A stretch of DNA of 32,000 nucleotides. Source: Wolbachia endosymbiont of Dirofilaria (Dirofilaria) immitis. GTDB lineage: Bacteria; Pseudomonadota; Alphaproteobacteria; Rickettsiales; Anaplasmataceae. Position 1 is the stretch's first letter. Each line of letters begins with the position of its first letter. Both the position numbers and the translations under genes were made by a program. This document shows positions 19,478-28,551 of this stretch, in pieces. The stretch lies in assembly GCF_013365455.1 (NCBI RefSeq), contig NZ_CP046578.1, forward strand, positions 480,001 to 512,000, given 5' to 3'. The notes under the pieces are model-generated. The model was given only the letters and a program-made list of their open reading frames with translations, was not told where the DNA came from and ran no database searches.

Positions 19478-19512
19478 TTTTAATATAATGATTTTAAATC
19501 ATTATATTAAAA
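19478..19512. repeat. Perfect 35-bp palindrome (17-nt arms, 1-nt centre) in the dnaK-gatB spacer
   Basis: The left arm TTTTAATATAATGATTT spans 19478-19494, the centre T is at 19495, and the right arm AAATCATTATATTAAAA spans 19496-19512. The right arm is the exact reverse complement of the left, checked base by base. Confidence 0.85.
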
Positions 19513-19787
19513 CAAATATTGCAGTTTTAGATAAAAGTATAAAAAACCATTTGATAACCCTCCATTAACTCAATCTATTGTAAGATTAAAGATATTCAGT
19601 CACCTTCAGATCTATACAAAGATTAAACCAAAAAAAGGGCTAAGTACTTGGCACCTTTCCTTTACTCAATAAGCCTTTTAAATACTAAAGCATCTTATAA
19701 CTAGGTAAGAAAGCCTCACCTAAATAAATTTAAAAAATATACTATAAAAAGCTGACACTGAACGAAAAAAATCAAATACACCTCCCC

Positions 19788-21707
19788 CTATTTATTTTCT
19801 TCTTTGTTATCTATATCCTGATAATCAGAATCCACCACCTTTCCTTCCTCACTATTTGACATAGACGAACCGGCAGAGTCTTTTCCACCCTGCTGTTGAG
19901 ATTCTTTATATACAACTTCTCCAAGCTTCATAGATAACTGAGAAAGATTAGTAATCTTCTGCTGTATTAAATCAACATCATTAACACTATTAGACTTGAT
20001 GACTTCCTTTAACTCATTGACTGCATTTTCAATAGCAGACTTATCCTCTGGTAAAACTTTATTACCATACTCTTTCAGAGACCTCTCTGTATAATGAACT
20101 AAACTATCTGCCTGATTCTTTACTTCAATGAATTTCTTACGTTCCTCATCCTCTTGTGCCTTTTCCTCAGCTTCTCTCACCATGCGACTTATTTCATCAT
20201 CAGATAAACCACCTGAAGACTGAATACGTATTTTTTGCTCTTTCTTAGTAGCTTTATCTTTTGCAGAAACATGAACTATTCCATTCGCATCTATATCAAA
20301 TGTCACTTCAATCTGAGGAATTCCACGAGGAGCAGGTGGTATTCCTTCTAAACTAAATTGGCCGAGCAATTTATTATCAACCGCCAATTTCCTCTCACCT
20401 TGATATACCTTAATAGTAACAGCAGCTTGATTATCCTCTGCAGTTGAAAATACCTGAGATTTTTTAGTAGGAATTGTAGTATTACGCTCAATAAGCGGAG
20501 TGAATACTCCCCCTAAAGTTTCAATACCAAGAGAAAGTGGTGTTACATCAAGTAATAATACATCCCTTACATCACCTTGAACAATTCCTGCTTGTATTGC
20601 AGCTCCAATCGCCACAACTTCATCAGGATTTACCCCTCTATGCGGATCTTTACCAAAGAACTCTTTAACCTTCTCGATTACTTTTGGCATGCGGGTCATT
20701 CCACCAACAAGTACCACTTCACCAATTTGACTAGCAGACATACCAGCATCTTCAAGAGCCTTTTTACAAGGAACCATAGTCCTTTTAATTAAATCATTCA
20801 CTAAACTTTCAAGTTTAGCCCTTGTTAACTTCATATTTAAGTGTTTTGGGCCACTTGCATCAGCTGTAATGAACGGTAGATTTATCTCCGTTTCCATCGC
20901 ACTTGATAATTCAATTTTTGCTTTTTCCGCAGCCTCTTTGATCCTCTGCATAGCCATTGGATCATTTCTCAAGCTTACACTACTATTTTTTTTAAACTCA
21001 TCTAATAAGTAACTTACTACTGCATCATCAAAGTCTTCACCACCAAGATGAGTATCACCATTCGTTGCTTTAACCTCAAAAACTCCATCACCTATTTCAA
21101 GTACTGAAACATCAAATGTACCACCACCAAGGTCATATACTACTATCGTGTGTCCATGCTTCTTATCAAGACCATAAGCAAGCGCTGCAGCAGTAGGCTC
21201 ATTAACTATCCTTAGTACATTTAACCCAGCAATTTTCCCTGCATCCTTTGTTGCTTGGCGTTGAGAGTCATTAAAATAAGCTGGCACTGTTATCACAGCA
21301 TCCTTTACCTCTTCTCCAAGATAAGCTTCTGCTGCTTCTTTCATGTTTTGCAGTATAAATGCACCAATTTGACTAGGGGAGTATTCTCTATTACCAGCTG
21401 TTTTAACCCATGCATCGCCATTTTTTGCCGCAAACACTTTATACGGAACATTTAGACTTTTTATCTCAGGATCACTATGTTGACGACCTATCAATCTCTT
21501 AGTAGCAAAAAAGGTATTGCTTGCATTTGTAGTTGCTTGTCTTTTTGCAGGAGCACCAATCAATCTTTCGCCCGATGAAGTAAATGCAACTATAGATGGA
21601 GTAGTTCTTGCTCCTTCTTTATTTTCTATTACCTTTGTGTCCTTACCTTGCATTATCGCAACACAAGAATTTGTTGTCCCAAGATCTATACCTATTGCTC
21701 TCCCCAT
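19788..21707 (-). CDS. dnaK: Molecular chaperone DnaK (Hsp70)
   Basis: Hsp70 signatures are present: [37 protein letters not shown] place the start at the ATG at 21707 ([10 protein letters not shown]). It is preceded by GGGAG 8 nt upstream. The 11-codon extension to 21740 is not Hsp70-like. Confidence 0.97.
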   Translation of the reverse strand: MGRAIGIDLGTTNSCVAIMQGKDTKVIENKEGARTTPSIVAFTSSGERLIGAPAKRQATTNASNTFFATKRLIGRQHSDPEIKSLNVPYKVFAAKNGDAWVKTAGNREYSPSQIGAFILQNMKEAAEAYLGEEVKDAVITVPAYFNDSQRQATKDAGKIAGLNVLRIVNEPTAAALAYGLDKKHGHTIVVYDLGGGTFDVSVLEIGDGVFEVKATNGDTHLGGEDFDDAVVSYLLDEFKKNSSVSLRNDPMAMQRIKEAAEKAKIELSSAMETEINLPFITADASGPKHLNMKLTRAKLESLVNDLIKRTMVPCKKALEDAGMSASQIGEVVLVGGMTRMPKVIEKVKEFFGKDPHRGVNPDEVVAIGAAIQAGIVQGDVRDVLLLDVTPLSLGIETLGGVFTPLIERNTTIPTKKSQVFSTAEDNQAAVTIKVYQGERKLAVDNKLLGQFSLEGIPPAPRGIPQIEVTFDIDANGIVHVSAKDKATKKEQKIRIQSSGGLSDDEISRMVREAEEKAQEDEERKKFIEVKNQADSLVHYTERSLKEYGNKVLPEDKSAIENAVNELKEVIKSNSVNDVDLIQQKITNLSQLSMKLGEVVYKESQQQGGKDSAGSSMSNSEEGKVVDSDYQDIDNKEENK

Positions 21708-21745
21708 AATGAATACTCCCTTGTAAATATTATCTAACATAAGGA

Positions 21746-21774
21746 TATATAAGTATGAAACTTACTAATTACAA
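21746..21774 (-). promoter_or_regulatory. Candidate promoter for dnaK: (C)TTGTAA, 17-nt spacer, TATATA
   Basis: On the minus strand TTGTAA lies at 21774-21769 and TATATA at 21751-21746. The preceding C gives CTTGTA, loosely resembling a sigma32 -35 element (CTTGAA). I cannot discriminate sigma70 from sigma32 by eye. Confidence 0.35.
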
Positions 21775-21801
21775 GTCCCATTTGGGATTTCTAATTAGCT
21801 A

Positions 21802-23577
21802 TTAGAGCTTACAAAGACGCGAAAGCCATCTAGTCAACCAAAAGTTATTTTGTAACCCACCTGAGTAATCAATCTTCTCATTGTCTCTGCCCTCAACTTT
21901 GTAACCAGAGTTTTGCAGTGGCTTACAATCACTTAAACTAACTTCATCTCCTCGTTTTAAAATAAACACATCTACGTTTAAATTATTATCAACACTAACG
22001 TTCAATTTAATATTAAACTCTCTTTCGATCGTAGAAACGGTATCGCGCTTATTACTAAAAATATGTGCAATAATTGAACCATGCGCTGATAAATCAAACG
22101 ACCCATTTCGATTTCTACTAGCAACATACTGTAATTCTCTTAATATTGACGCAACAATTACTTCATTTGACTTTACCTTACCAACTCCCTTACAGTGTAA
22201 ACATTCTGTAGTATTGATTTCCTGTATGCTCGGTTTAATCCTTTGCCTTGAAAACACCATTAAACCAAAGTCATTTATATAGCTAAACTGGACCCTTGCT
22301 TTATCATCTTTAAACGCCTGTCTAACAGCAAATTCAACAGCTCTACAATACTGATATTTCAACATACCAATAAAATCTACTACTATTAACCCTGATAAGC
22401 CTCTTAAATTCACTTGCCTTGATATTTCAGGTACTGCTTCCATATTGGTCCTATAAGCTGTTTCTTCTATACTATCCTCCCCCATCATTTTTCCCGAGTT
22501 TACATCTATTGAAACAAATGCTTCAGTTAAAGTTATTATTAAAGAACCACCAGATGGCAATTTTACTCTATTGCTATATAACTCAGAAACTTGATCCTCA
22601 ATTCCATAGTAAGTAAATATCGGAATAAAACCTCTATACAACCTATAACGCAACTTACTACCCTTTAACGCATTCTCAGCATATTGTCTCACTACTTCAA
22701 AAGCTTCCTTCCCAGACACTATAACTTCTACATCATTACTACAAAAATCACGAATAGATCTCATAATTAAATCTGCTTCGTTATAAATTAACGATGGAAC
22801 ATTTGCAGAGGAAGCATTTTTCTGGATGCTCTGCCACAATGAAAATAAATAATTATAATCCTGTTCAATTTCTTTCTTGCTCTTTCCTGAGCCAACAGTC
22901 CTAATTATTAAACCTGACCTTTTTGGCAAGTCCATTGAATCAAGTACATCTTTTAATTGCTTTCTGATACTAGTGTCCTCAATTTTGCGAGATACTCCAC
23001 CTCTACTCATAGAATTTGGCATGAAAACACAGTACCTACCTACTAAAGTTATATAAGTTGTAAATGAAGCCCCCTTGTTACCACGTTCCTCTTTAGTCAG
23101 TTGAACTAACATTTTTTGATTAACCGCAATAACATCCTGTAACTTATACCTCTTATATAAATTATATAAAGATACTTCCCTTACAAATCCATTATTAGAC
23201 TCATTAACATTTCTATTAACTGCGTAATCTGAAGAAACATTCGTTGATGTACTACTATCTTCCTCTGTATAACCACCATTTGAACAATTTCCAAAAAAAG
23301 CTTCCTTCTCCTTTTCTGAAATATTAAAATAATCCGGAGATATTTCAGAAAAAGATAAAAAACCTTGCTTATTTTTCCCATACTCAATAAATACAGCTTG
23401 CAAAGAAGGCTTTATACGCTTTACATGAGCAACGTATATATTACCTCTTAATTGCCTTTTTTCCTTGAATTCTTGCTCAAATTCTACAACCTTATTATTG
23501 ACTAACAAAGCAATCCTCACCTCATCAGAGCAGATAGAATTTTCTATTAATAGTAACCTTTTACTACTATTCGCCAC
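21802..23577 (-). CDS. Ribonuclease E/G family endoribonuclease (catalytic domain only, no long C-terminal scaffold)
   Basis: 591 aa. An S1 domain (GNIYVAHVKRIKPSLQAVFIEYG..KQGFL) is followed by KEERGNKGASFTTYITL, DVNSG and the Zn-link CLHCKGVG. It carries an extra Ser/Thr/Asn-rich segment after the S1 strand. Confidence 0.9.
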   Translation of the reverse strand: MANSSKRLLLIENSICSDEVRIALLVNNKVVEFEQEFKEKRQLRGNIYVAHVKRIKPSLQAVFIEYGKNKQGFLSFSEISPDYFNISEKEKEAFFGNCSNGGYTEEDSSTSTNVSSDYAVNRNVNESNNGFVREVSLYNLYKRYKLQDVIAVNQKMLVQLTKEERGNKGASFTTYITLVGRYCVFMPNSMSRGGVSRKIEDTSIRKQLKDVLDSMDLPKRSGLIIRTVGSGKSKKEIEQDYNYLFSLWQSIQKNASSANVPSLIYNEADLIMRSIRDFCSNDVEVIVSGKEAFEVVRQYAENALKGSKLRYRLYRGFIPIFTYYGIEDQVSELYSNRVKLPSGGSLIITLTEAFVSIDVNSGKMMGEDSIEETAYRTNMEAVPEISRQVNLRGLSGLIVVDFIGMLKYQYCRAVEFAVRQAFKDDKARVQFSYINDFGLMVFSRQRIKPSIQEINTTECLHCKGVGKVKSNEVIVASILRELQYVASRNRNGSFDLSAHGSIIAHIFSNKRDTVSTIEREFNIKLNVSVDNNLNVDVFILKRGDEVSLSDCKPLQNSGYKVEGRDNEKIDYSGGLQNNFWLTRWLSRLCKL

Positions 23578-23671
23578 TTGCGTTTCATTCTGAATTTAAC
23601 TTCATATTATCAATACGCTGCAGATTGTCAAGAATTTTACGATCTACATCATTCAAAATGATACAAAATAG

Positions 23672-23700
23672 TTGACTTTTAGTACTTTATATAATAAACT
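23672..23700 (+). promoter_or_regulatory. Candidate sigma70 promoter for rpmG and the downstream HTH gene: TTGACT, 17-nt spacer, TAAACT
   Basis: TTGACT lies at 23672-23677 and TAAACT at 23695-23700. A perfect TATAAT at 23690-23695 is also present, but only 12 nt from the -35 element. The rpmG ATG is at 23730. Confidence 0.4.
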
Positions 23701-23729
23701 CATAAAGAACTTATATTGTTATACTAAAT

Positions 23730-23930
23730 ATGGCAAAAAAGAGCGCTTCTTTGCTTGTTAAGCTAGTTAGCAGTGCAACCAAGAAAACAAGTACTGGTGA
23801 AGAAAAACCGACAGGCTACTTCTATATTAAAAAGCGTAATCCAAAAAAGCTTACTAGAAAACTAGAGCTGAGAAAATATGATCCGGTAGCCAGAAAACAT
23901 GTATTATTTAAAGAAGAAAAATTAAAGTAG
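23730..23930 (+). CDS. rpmG: 50S ribosomal protein L33
   Basis: 66 aa. The sequence KLVSSA...[38 protein letters not shown] matches the L33 core. It is a non-zinc (Cys-less) form with a short insertion after KLVSSA. Confidence 0.85.
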   Translation: MAKKSASLLVKLVSSATKKTSTGEEKPTGYFYIKKRNPKKLTRKLELRKYDPVARKHVLFKEEKLK

Positions 23931-23954
23931 TTTTCTATAAGGAAGTTTTTTGCC

Positions 23955-24230
23955 ATGCAAAATTCACAATTAAGTTATCCAATAGTGATAGAATTGGGTG
24001 ACATAAAAGATACAAAACTGAAATTGATAAAGGTTATCGCACAGTTAATAAGTAAGAAATATAGAACACAAAAAAAAGCGGCAATCGCTCTAAGGATTGA
24101 TCAACCTAAAGTATCTCAAATTAATAAATCAAAAATTGAAGGCTTCTCCCTAGAGTACTTGCTCAACTTATTGATTGCACTTGACCAAGATATAGATATG
24201 GAAATAAAGCATAATTCCAAACTTATATAA
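23955..24230 (+). CDS. Small XRE-family helix-turn-helix DNA-binding protein (COG5606-like)
   Basis: 91 aa. The segment TQKKAAIALRIDQPKVSQINKSKIEGFSLEYLLNLLIALDQDIDMEIK fits the XRE HTH pattern (Q..aA..LgidQPkVS.l..gk...FSl..Ll..l.aL). AAGGAAG lies 9 nt upstream of the ATG. The gene starts 24 nt after rpmG, so the two are probably co-transcribed. Confidence 0.75.
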   Translation: MQNSQLSYPIVIELGDIKDTKLKLIKVIAQLISKKYRTQKKAAIALRIDQPKVSQINKSKIEGFSLEYLLNLLIALDQDIDMEIKHNSKLI

Positions 24231-24241
24231 TAAGGTTGTCT

Positions 24242-24265
24242 ATTTATTCTAATTTTAGAATAAAT
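24242..24265 (+). terminator. AT-rich hairpin (11-bp stem, 2-nt loop) 12 nt after the HTH gene stop; weak terminator candidate
   Basis: ATTTATTCTAA-tt-TTAGAATAAAT is a perfect inverted repeat read directly from the sequence. There is only one G-C pair, so predicted stability is low. Confidence 0.3.
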
Positions 24266-25141
24266 TGCAATTAACACTAACAAAAATTTCTAAAATCTAT
24301 ACTTAATAGCTGTCTTGAGGCTACTAGCAATAAATTAAACATACGGAATACTGTATTATTATACAGTACTATAAAAATGGAATACATTTACAGCTCTATG
24401 ACTCGTCCTCTTCAAATGCTTTTTGCTAGTGTATCTAGCTTGAGTGTAGCAATACCACAAAAACGAACTCTTTTATACCTGCTTATCAACTCAATAGAAC
24501 TAGTTATATAGGATGCATTTCGTACCCCCTTGTTTACAACTCACTTAGTTGAGAACTTACAAAAAAAACTTGTAGAGCAAAATTGAGTCAACAAAAGACT
24601 TCTTATCTATCTTTAATTTTAACTAAGTTAGTTTTCTATTTTAACATATCTCTATCACACCACCTCACTTCACTTAAAATCAAAGGCCAGTTATAACTTT
24701 GCTATAGACTGTTAAATTCTATGTAGATTTACTAATTTGATAACTTCTTAACAAACTATAGACAGCATATCTTCATATCATTTGCTCATGTATTAAAGGC
24801 TAATCGACAACCACACTAGACCGGTATGTAAGTAACTCCCTAGCATTTCAAGGGAATATCCTTCACTTTCTATTCCTTCATCTCCATCTCAGGTCCAGAA
24901 AAAGGTATCTTAAAGCAAATTGATCTCATTAATATCGATGATATTATCCTCAACAATGCTGCGCTAAGTAAGAAAATAGATATTTCTTATAAACGAAACA
25001 CTTTTTTTTTGCTAACATTTGTGTTAATCAAGCTGTTTACTTAATAACTACTTGTGCTTAAACTAGCTCTAGTTTAGATGAGTTCAAAACATGTAAATAC
25101 CAAGTGTACAAGCAAAGCTAACTGCTTAATTACTAAACTTG

Positions 25142-25675
25142 TCAAAAATTTCTAAGATACCTGACATAAATATACTTGCGCTTGAAAAACACAATGTAAA
25201 TTCTTATAAATTGAAAAAAATACCCTTTCAGTTTAGGTGACACAAACATCTTTCCAACTCTTGTTTAGATGGATACCGACAAGTTAGTACAGGCAAAATT
25301 AGGATTTCATAAAAATCCAAGTACATTCATTAAATGAACCATCAAGTAAATGTATAAAATGAAGATATTTATATCACTATATAATTTCTTTATCATTTTT
25401 AAATTTCTTATTCACTGAAATATTAAATTTGAAATAACAAAACCAATGAAAACTAAGTCTAGTATATTCCATTTTACCTTAGATAAATTAAACTTTTCTG
25501 TAATATATCCTATACTCGCTCCCAGGTCTAAAATATACCATGAATAAAATCTAGGAAAATAAATTTTTAATAAATCAACTAGTTTTGTAGCACATCCTTT
25601 TTGAACAAAAGCTATATGCACAAGATAAGCTTGCTCTACTAAAATTGCTCTATATATACTCTTTTTGTAACCATA
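25142..25675 (-). pseudogene. Remnant of a class I SAM-dependent methyltransferase (RsmA/KsgA-like preferred, BioC-like possible)
   Basis: One minus-strand frame runs for 178 codons with only 4 stops, where about 14 would be expected from AT-rich composition. It contains a motif I-like ILDLGASIGYITEKF (compare KsgA vLEIGPGxGxLTexL). Upstream of that is Y..H.AFVQKGCATKLVDLL. Downstream are SKVKWNILDL, NLKMI...SDIN, NPNFACT (compare NLPYNIsT) and KMFVSPKL (compare mlQKEVa.R). The ORF-track entry 25412..25621 is its longest intact piece. Confidence 0.45.
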
Positions 25676-27077
25676 TTAAGACAAGAAAATCTATAATTTT
25701 GCTCATACACAAAAATAATGCTAATATAAACTTAGATTATGATAACCTCTGCACTATATTATAGTTAGTTAATAATTCTAAATTCTGTATTAATTTTGCT
25801 TTATTTAAATGATAAAAAGGCTACAACTCACTAAGTTATAATATCATGGTTCTTATGAAATGATATTATGCCATCTATCGTACCTTATTTGAAAGCTCTG
25901 CGTTATCGCTTTTAACTTTAACTTGTGTTTTTTGCATAATCACAAGTCAAATTCTAGAAAATTGATAAAAGAGAGGTTGAATAAATAAGTCCTGAATATT
26001 TATTAACAAGGCAATTTTTATCATAATACTAAAACAAATATTATATGTACTAAAGTTATCTTAAGGCTTTACTAACAATGCCTGAAATTGACGTAGAATT
26101 TTCTCAGAAGGTTAACGTCAGTAGAAAAGCTTCATGATCTTCACTAAGATTTAAAATTTCCTATATCAATACAATATCCCCCATTCATACTGAAAATTGT
26201 TTCAGCGATAACAAACTTAAGCCTTAAATCACTCCTGAATTTTGCAAGCAAATCTACCCAAGTGGCCTATATCATTATGTAATATCGCACGAGTTCAGCA
26301 TTGCTAAAAAATATAGCTTAGCATTTATAGACTATCATAACCCGTACTTATCAAAAAAGACAATAGATTTGTACAAGTGTTGGTTGACCACAATAAGCTT
26401 ATAAGGACTATTAAATTATCCCAGAAGCCTAAGTTAGTTAAAGATGAGGGCTAACTCAGTTTTTGACTTAAACAGAAGCGCAATCGTTAGTAGAGAAAAA
26501 AAAGGTCCATTCTTAGTAAGCTGAAGTTTCTTGTGATCCATGATATTTTTCTTTATTTTAGAATATATTACAATACTCATTGTATAGGTTGTACATAATC
26601 CGTTTACCAATGAGGAATCTAAATTCTGATAAAAAAATTAATTTTTACCAAGTCAGATTAAATCTTCAGTGACACATTTGAAGAATACTATAGTAAAGAT
26701 ACAACAGTTCTATATTCGTTTATTAGTTGGGGTGAGAAAAATGTTGGATGAACTTACAAGTATTATATTCCCTTATTAAGACTTACTTAGAAAAAATCAA
26801 GAACGCTTTCCATAAGAAAATTCTTTAATTAAGAAGGGCCTTATCCTACTTAAAGCAGAAAATTACCATAAATTTCCTTACTTTTTTTAATGAACCAGAA
26901 TTAGTCCTTTAATATAGAGAACTCATTACTTAAATAATGATGTAGCCATTCTTGACACTTTCTTTACTAGCTACTCTATAGAGTTAACGTTATATCTATA
27001 CAAGGTTAAAACAGAACATTGCAGCAAAATTTATGCTATATTAGGACTAATATGGAAGGAAGCTCATAAAATACAAC

Positions 27078-27153
27078 TGGTGGCTGAGGAGGGACTTGAA
27101 CCCACAACCAAGAGGTTATGATCCTCCTGCTCTACCAATTGAGCTACTCAGCC
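27078..27153 (-). tRNA. tRNA with CAU anticodon (elongator tRNA-Met, or tRNA-Ile2 if lysidine-modified), CCA encoded
   Basis: The minus strand reads GGCTGAG TA GCTC AATTGGTA GAGC A GGAGG ATCATAA CCTCT TGGTT GTGGG TTCAAGT CCCTC CTCAGCC A CCA. It has a G1-C72 pair and lacks the GGG/CCC anticodon stem, so it is not an initiator. There is one U-U mismatch in the T stem. Confidence 0.9.
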
Positions 27154-28445
27154 CAATCAAAAACTTTACTATACATATAATCTACATATTTTGTATAATA
27201 CTCTAAGTTAAACAGAGATTCCAGCTTTTCAGAGTTAATAACTTTAAGTAAAGACTTATCTTGTTTCAACTCAGATAGAAAGTCATTATCATCTCCTTTC
27301 ACTTTCATTGCATTACTTTGAACAATTTCATATGCTTTTTCTCTTGTTAAACCACTCTGTACTAATTCAAGCAATACACGTTGTGAAAAAATTAAACCTT
27401 TTGAAGAGTTTAAATTCTTTTTAATATTTTCTTTATTAATCACTAATTTATTTACTAAATCTGCTAATCGCACTAAAGCGAAATCCATTAATATACAAGC
27501 ATCAGGAGCAATGCATCTTTCCACAGACGAATGCGATATATCTCGTTCATGCCACAACGCAACATTTTCTAACGCAGGAAACATATAACTGCGTATTAAA
27601 CGTGAAAGTCCAGTTAGATTCTCACTTAAAATAGGATTACACTTGTGTGGCATAGCAGAACTACCTTTTTGCCCAATGGAAAAATACTCGGAAATTTCTC
27701 CAATTTCAGTCCTTTGCAAATGACGAATTTCAATAGCAATATTCTCCATTGAGCTTGCAATCACCCCTAAAACTGAGAAGAACATAGCATGTCTATCACG
27801 AGGAATTACTTGAGATGACACAGTTTCAGCTATAAGTCCCATTTTCTTCGCTACATATTCTTCAACAAATGGATCAATATTTGCAAAATTTCCCATTACA
27901 CCTGATATTTTACAAGTTGAAATTTCTCTTTGAACATTAACTAGCCTTTGATAGCTACGCCTAAACTCTGCATAAAACCTGGCAAATTTTAACCCAAGTG
28001 TCGTTGGCTCTGCGTGCATTCCATGACTACGTCCAACACACATAATATCTTTATAGTCCTCAGCTTTTTTCTTCAATGCTGCAAGTAAATTTTGTAAATT
28101 CTTGAGCAAAATATCACACGATTCTTTCATCTGTACAGCAAGACATGTGTCTAACACATCAGAACTTGTCATACCGTAATGGAGATAACGAACATTAACT
28201 CCTACTTTTTCAGCAATATAAGTTAAAAAAGCTATAACATCGTGTTTTACAGAGGATTCAATCTCATTAATACGTTCAACATCAAATTTAATAGCACCAG
28301 AAAGCTTTTCAGCAACATCATTTGGAATCACTCCTAGCTTTGCTTGAGCTTCACATGCTAGTTTTTCTATTTTTAGCCATATATTAAACTTATTGTTTTC
28401 CTCCCAGATAGCAGACACTTCTCCATGACTGTAGCGAGGAATCAT
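27144..28445 (-). CDS. purB: Adenylosuccinate lyase
   Basis: 433 aa. It carries the fumarate-lyase family signature GSSAMPHKCNP, the N-terminal MIPRYS...S.IW, and collinear PurB motifs. The last 10 nt, including the TAG stop, overlap the 5' end of the downstream tRNA. Confidence 0.95.
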   Translation of the reverse strand: MIPRYSHGEVSAIWEENNKFNIWLKIEKLACEAQAKLGVIPNDVAEKLSGAIKFDVERINEIESSVKHDVIAFLTYIAEKVGVNVRYLHYGMTSSDVLDTCLAVQMKESCDILLKNLQNLLAALKKKAEDYKDIMCVGRSHGMHAEPTTLGLKFARFYAEFRRSYQRLVNVQREISTCKISGVMGNFANIDPFVEEYVAKKMGLIAETVSSQVIPRDRHAMFFSVLGVIASSMENIAIEIRHLQRTEIGEISEYFSIGQKGSSAMPHKCNPILSENLTGLSRLIRSYMFPALENVALWHERDISHSSVERCIAPDACILMDFALVRLADLVNKLVINKENIKKNLNSSKGLIFSQRVLLELVQSGLTREKAYEIVQSNAMKVKGDDNDFLSELKQDKSLLKVINSEKLESLFNLEYYTKYVDYMYSKVFDWAE

Positions 28446-28476
28446 TAAACGTCCTCTGTTTTACTTCTGAGTATAT

Positions 28477-28499
28477 AAAAAACCAACACCACAAGTTGG
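28477..28499 (-). terminator. Candidate intrinsic terminator or attenuator after rplI: CCAAC-ttgtggt-GTTGG followed by T6
   Basis: On the minus strand a 5-bp GC-containing stem with a 7-nt loop is followed immediately by TTTTTT. It lies 53 nt after the rplI stop and about 30 nt before the purB start. The short stem makes it weak. Confidence 0.35.
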
Positions 28500-28551
28500 A
28501 ATAACACTAATTTATCTATAAAAAACATTTCCCTGCGGCTATGATCAAAAA

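Noticed and set aside
24889-24906. CAGGTCCAGAAAAAGG resembles the SRP (4.5S) RNA helix-8 core GGUCCGGAAGGAAGCAGC.
   Set aside because: The conserved GNRA-closed helix and the AGCAGC half are missing. No complementary 5' and 3' strands are present to build the hairpin.
26741-27077. A plus-strand frame beginning MLDELTSIIFPY reads protein-like for about 110 codons, running into the tRNA region.
   Set aside because: It contains 5 stops in about 113 codons, close to the composition-based expectation of about 9. K, N, I, L and F-rich pseudo-peptides arise readily from AT-rich DNA, and I recognised no motif.
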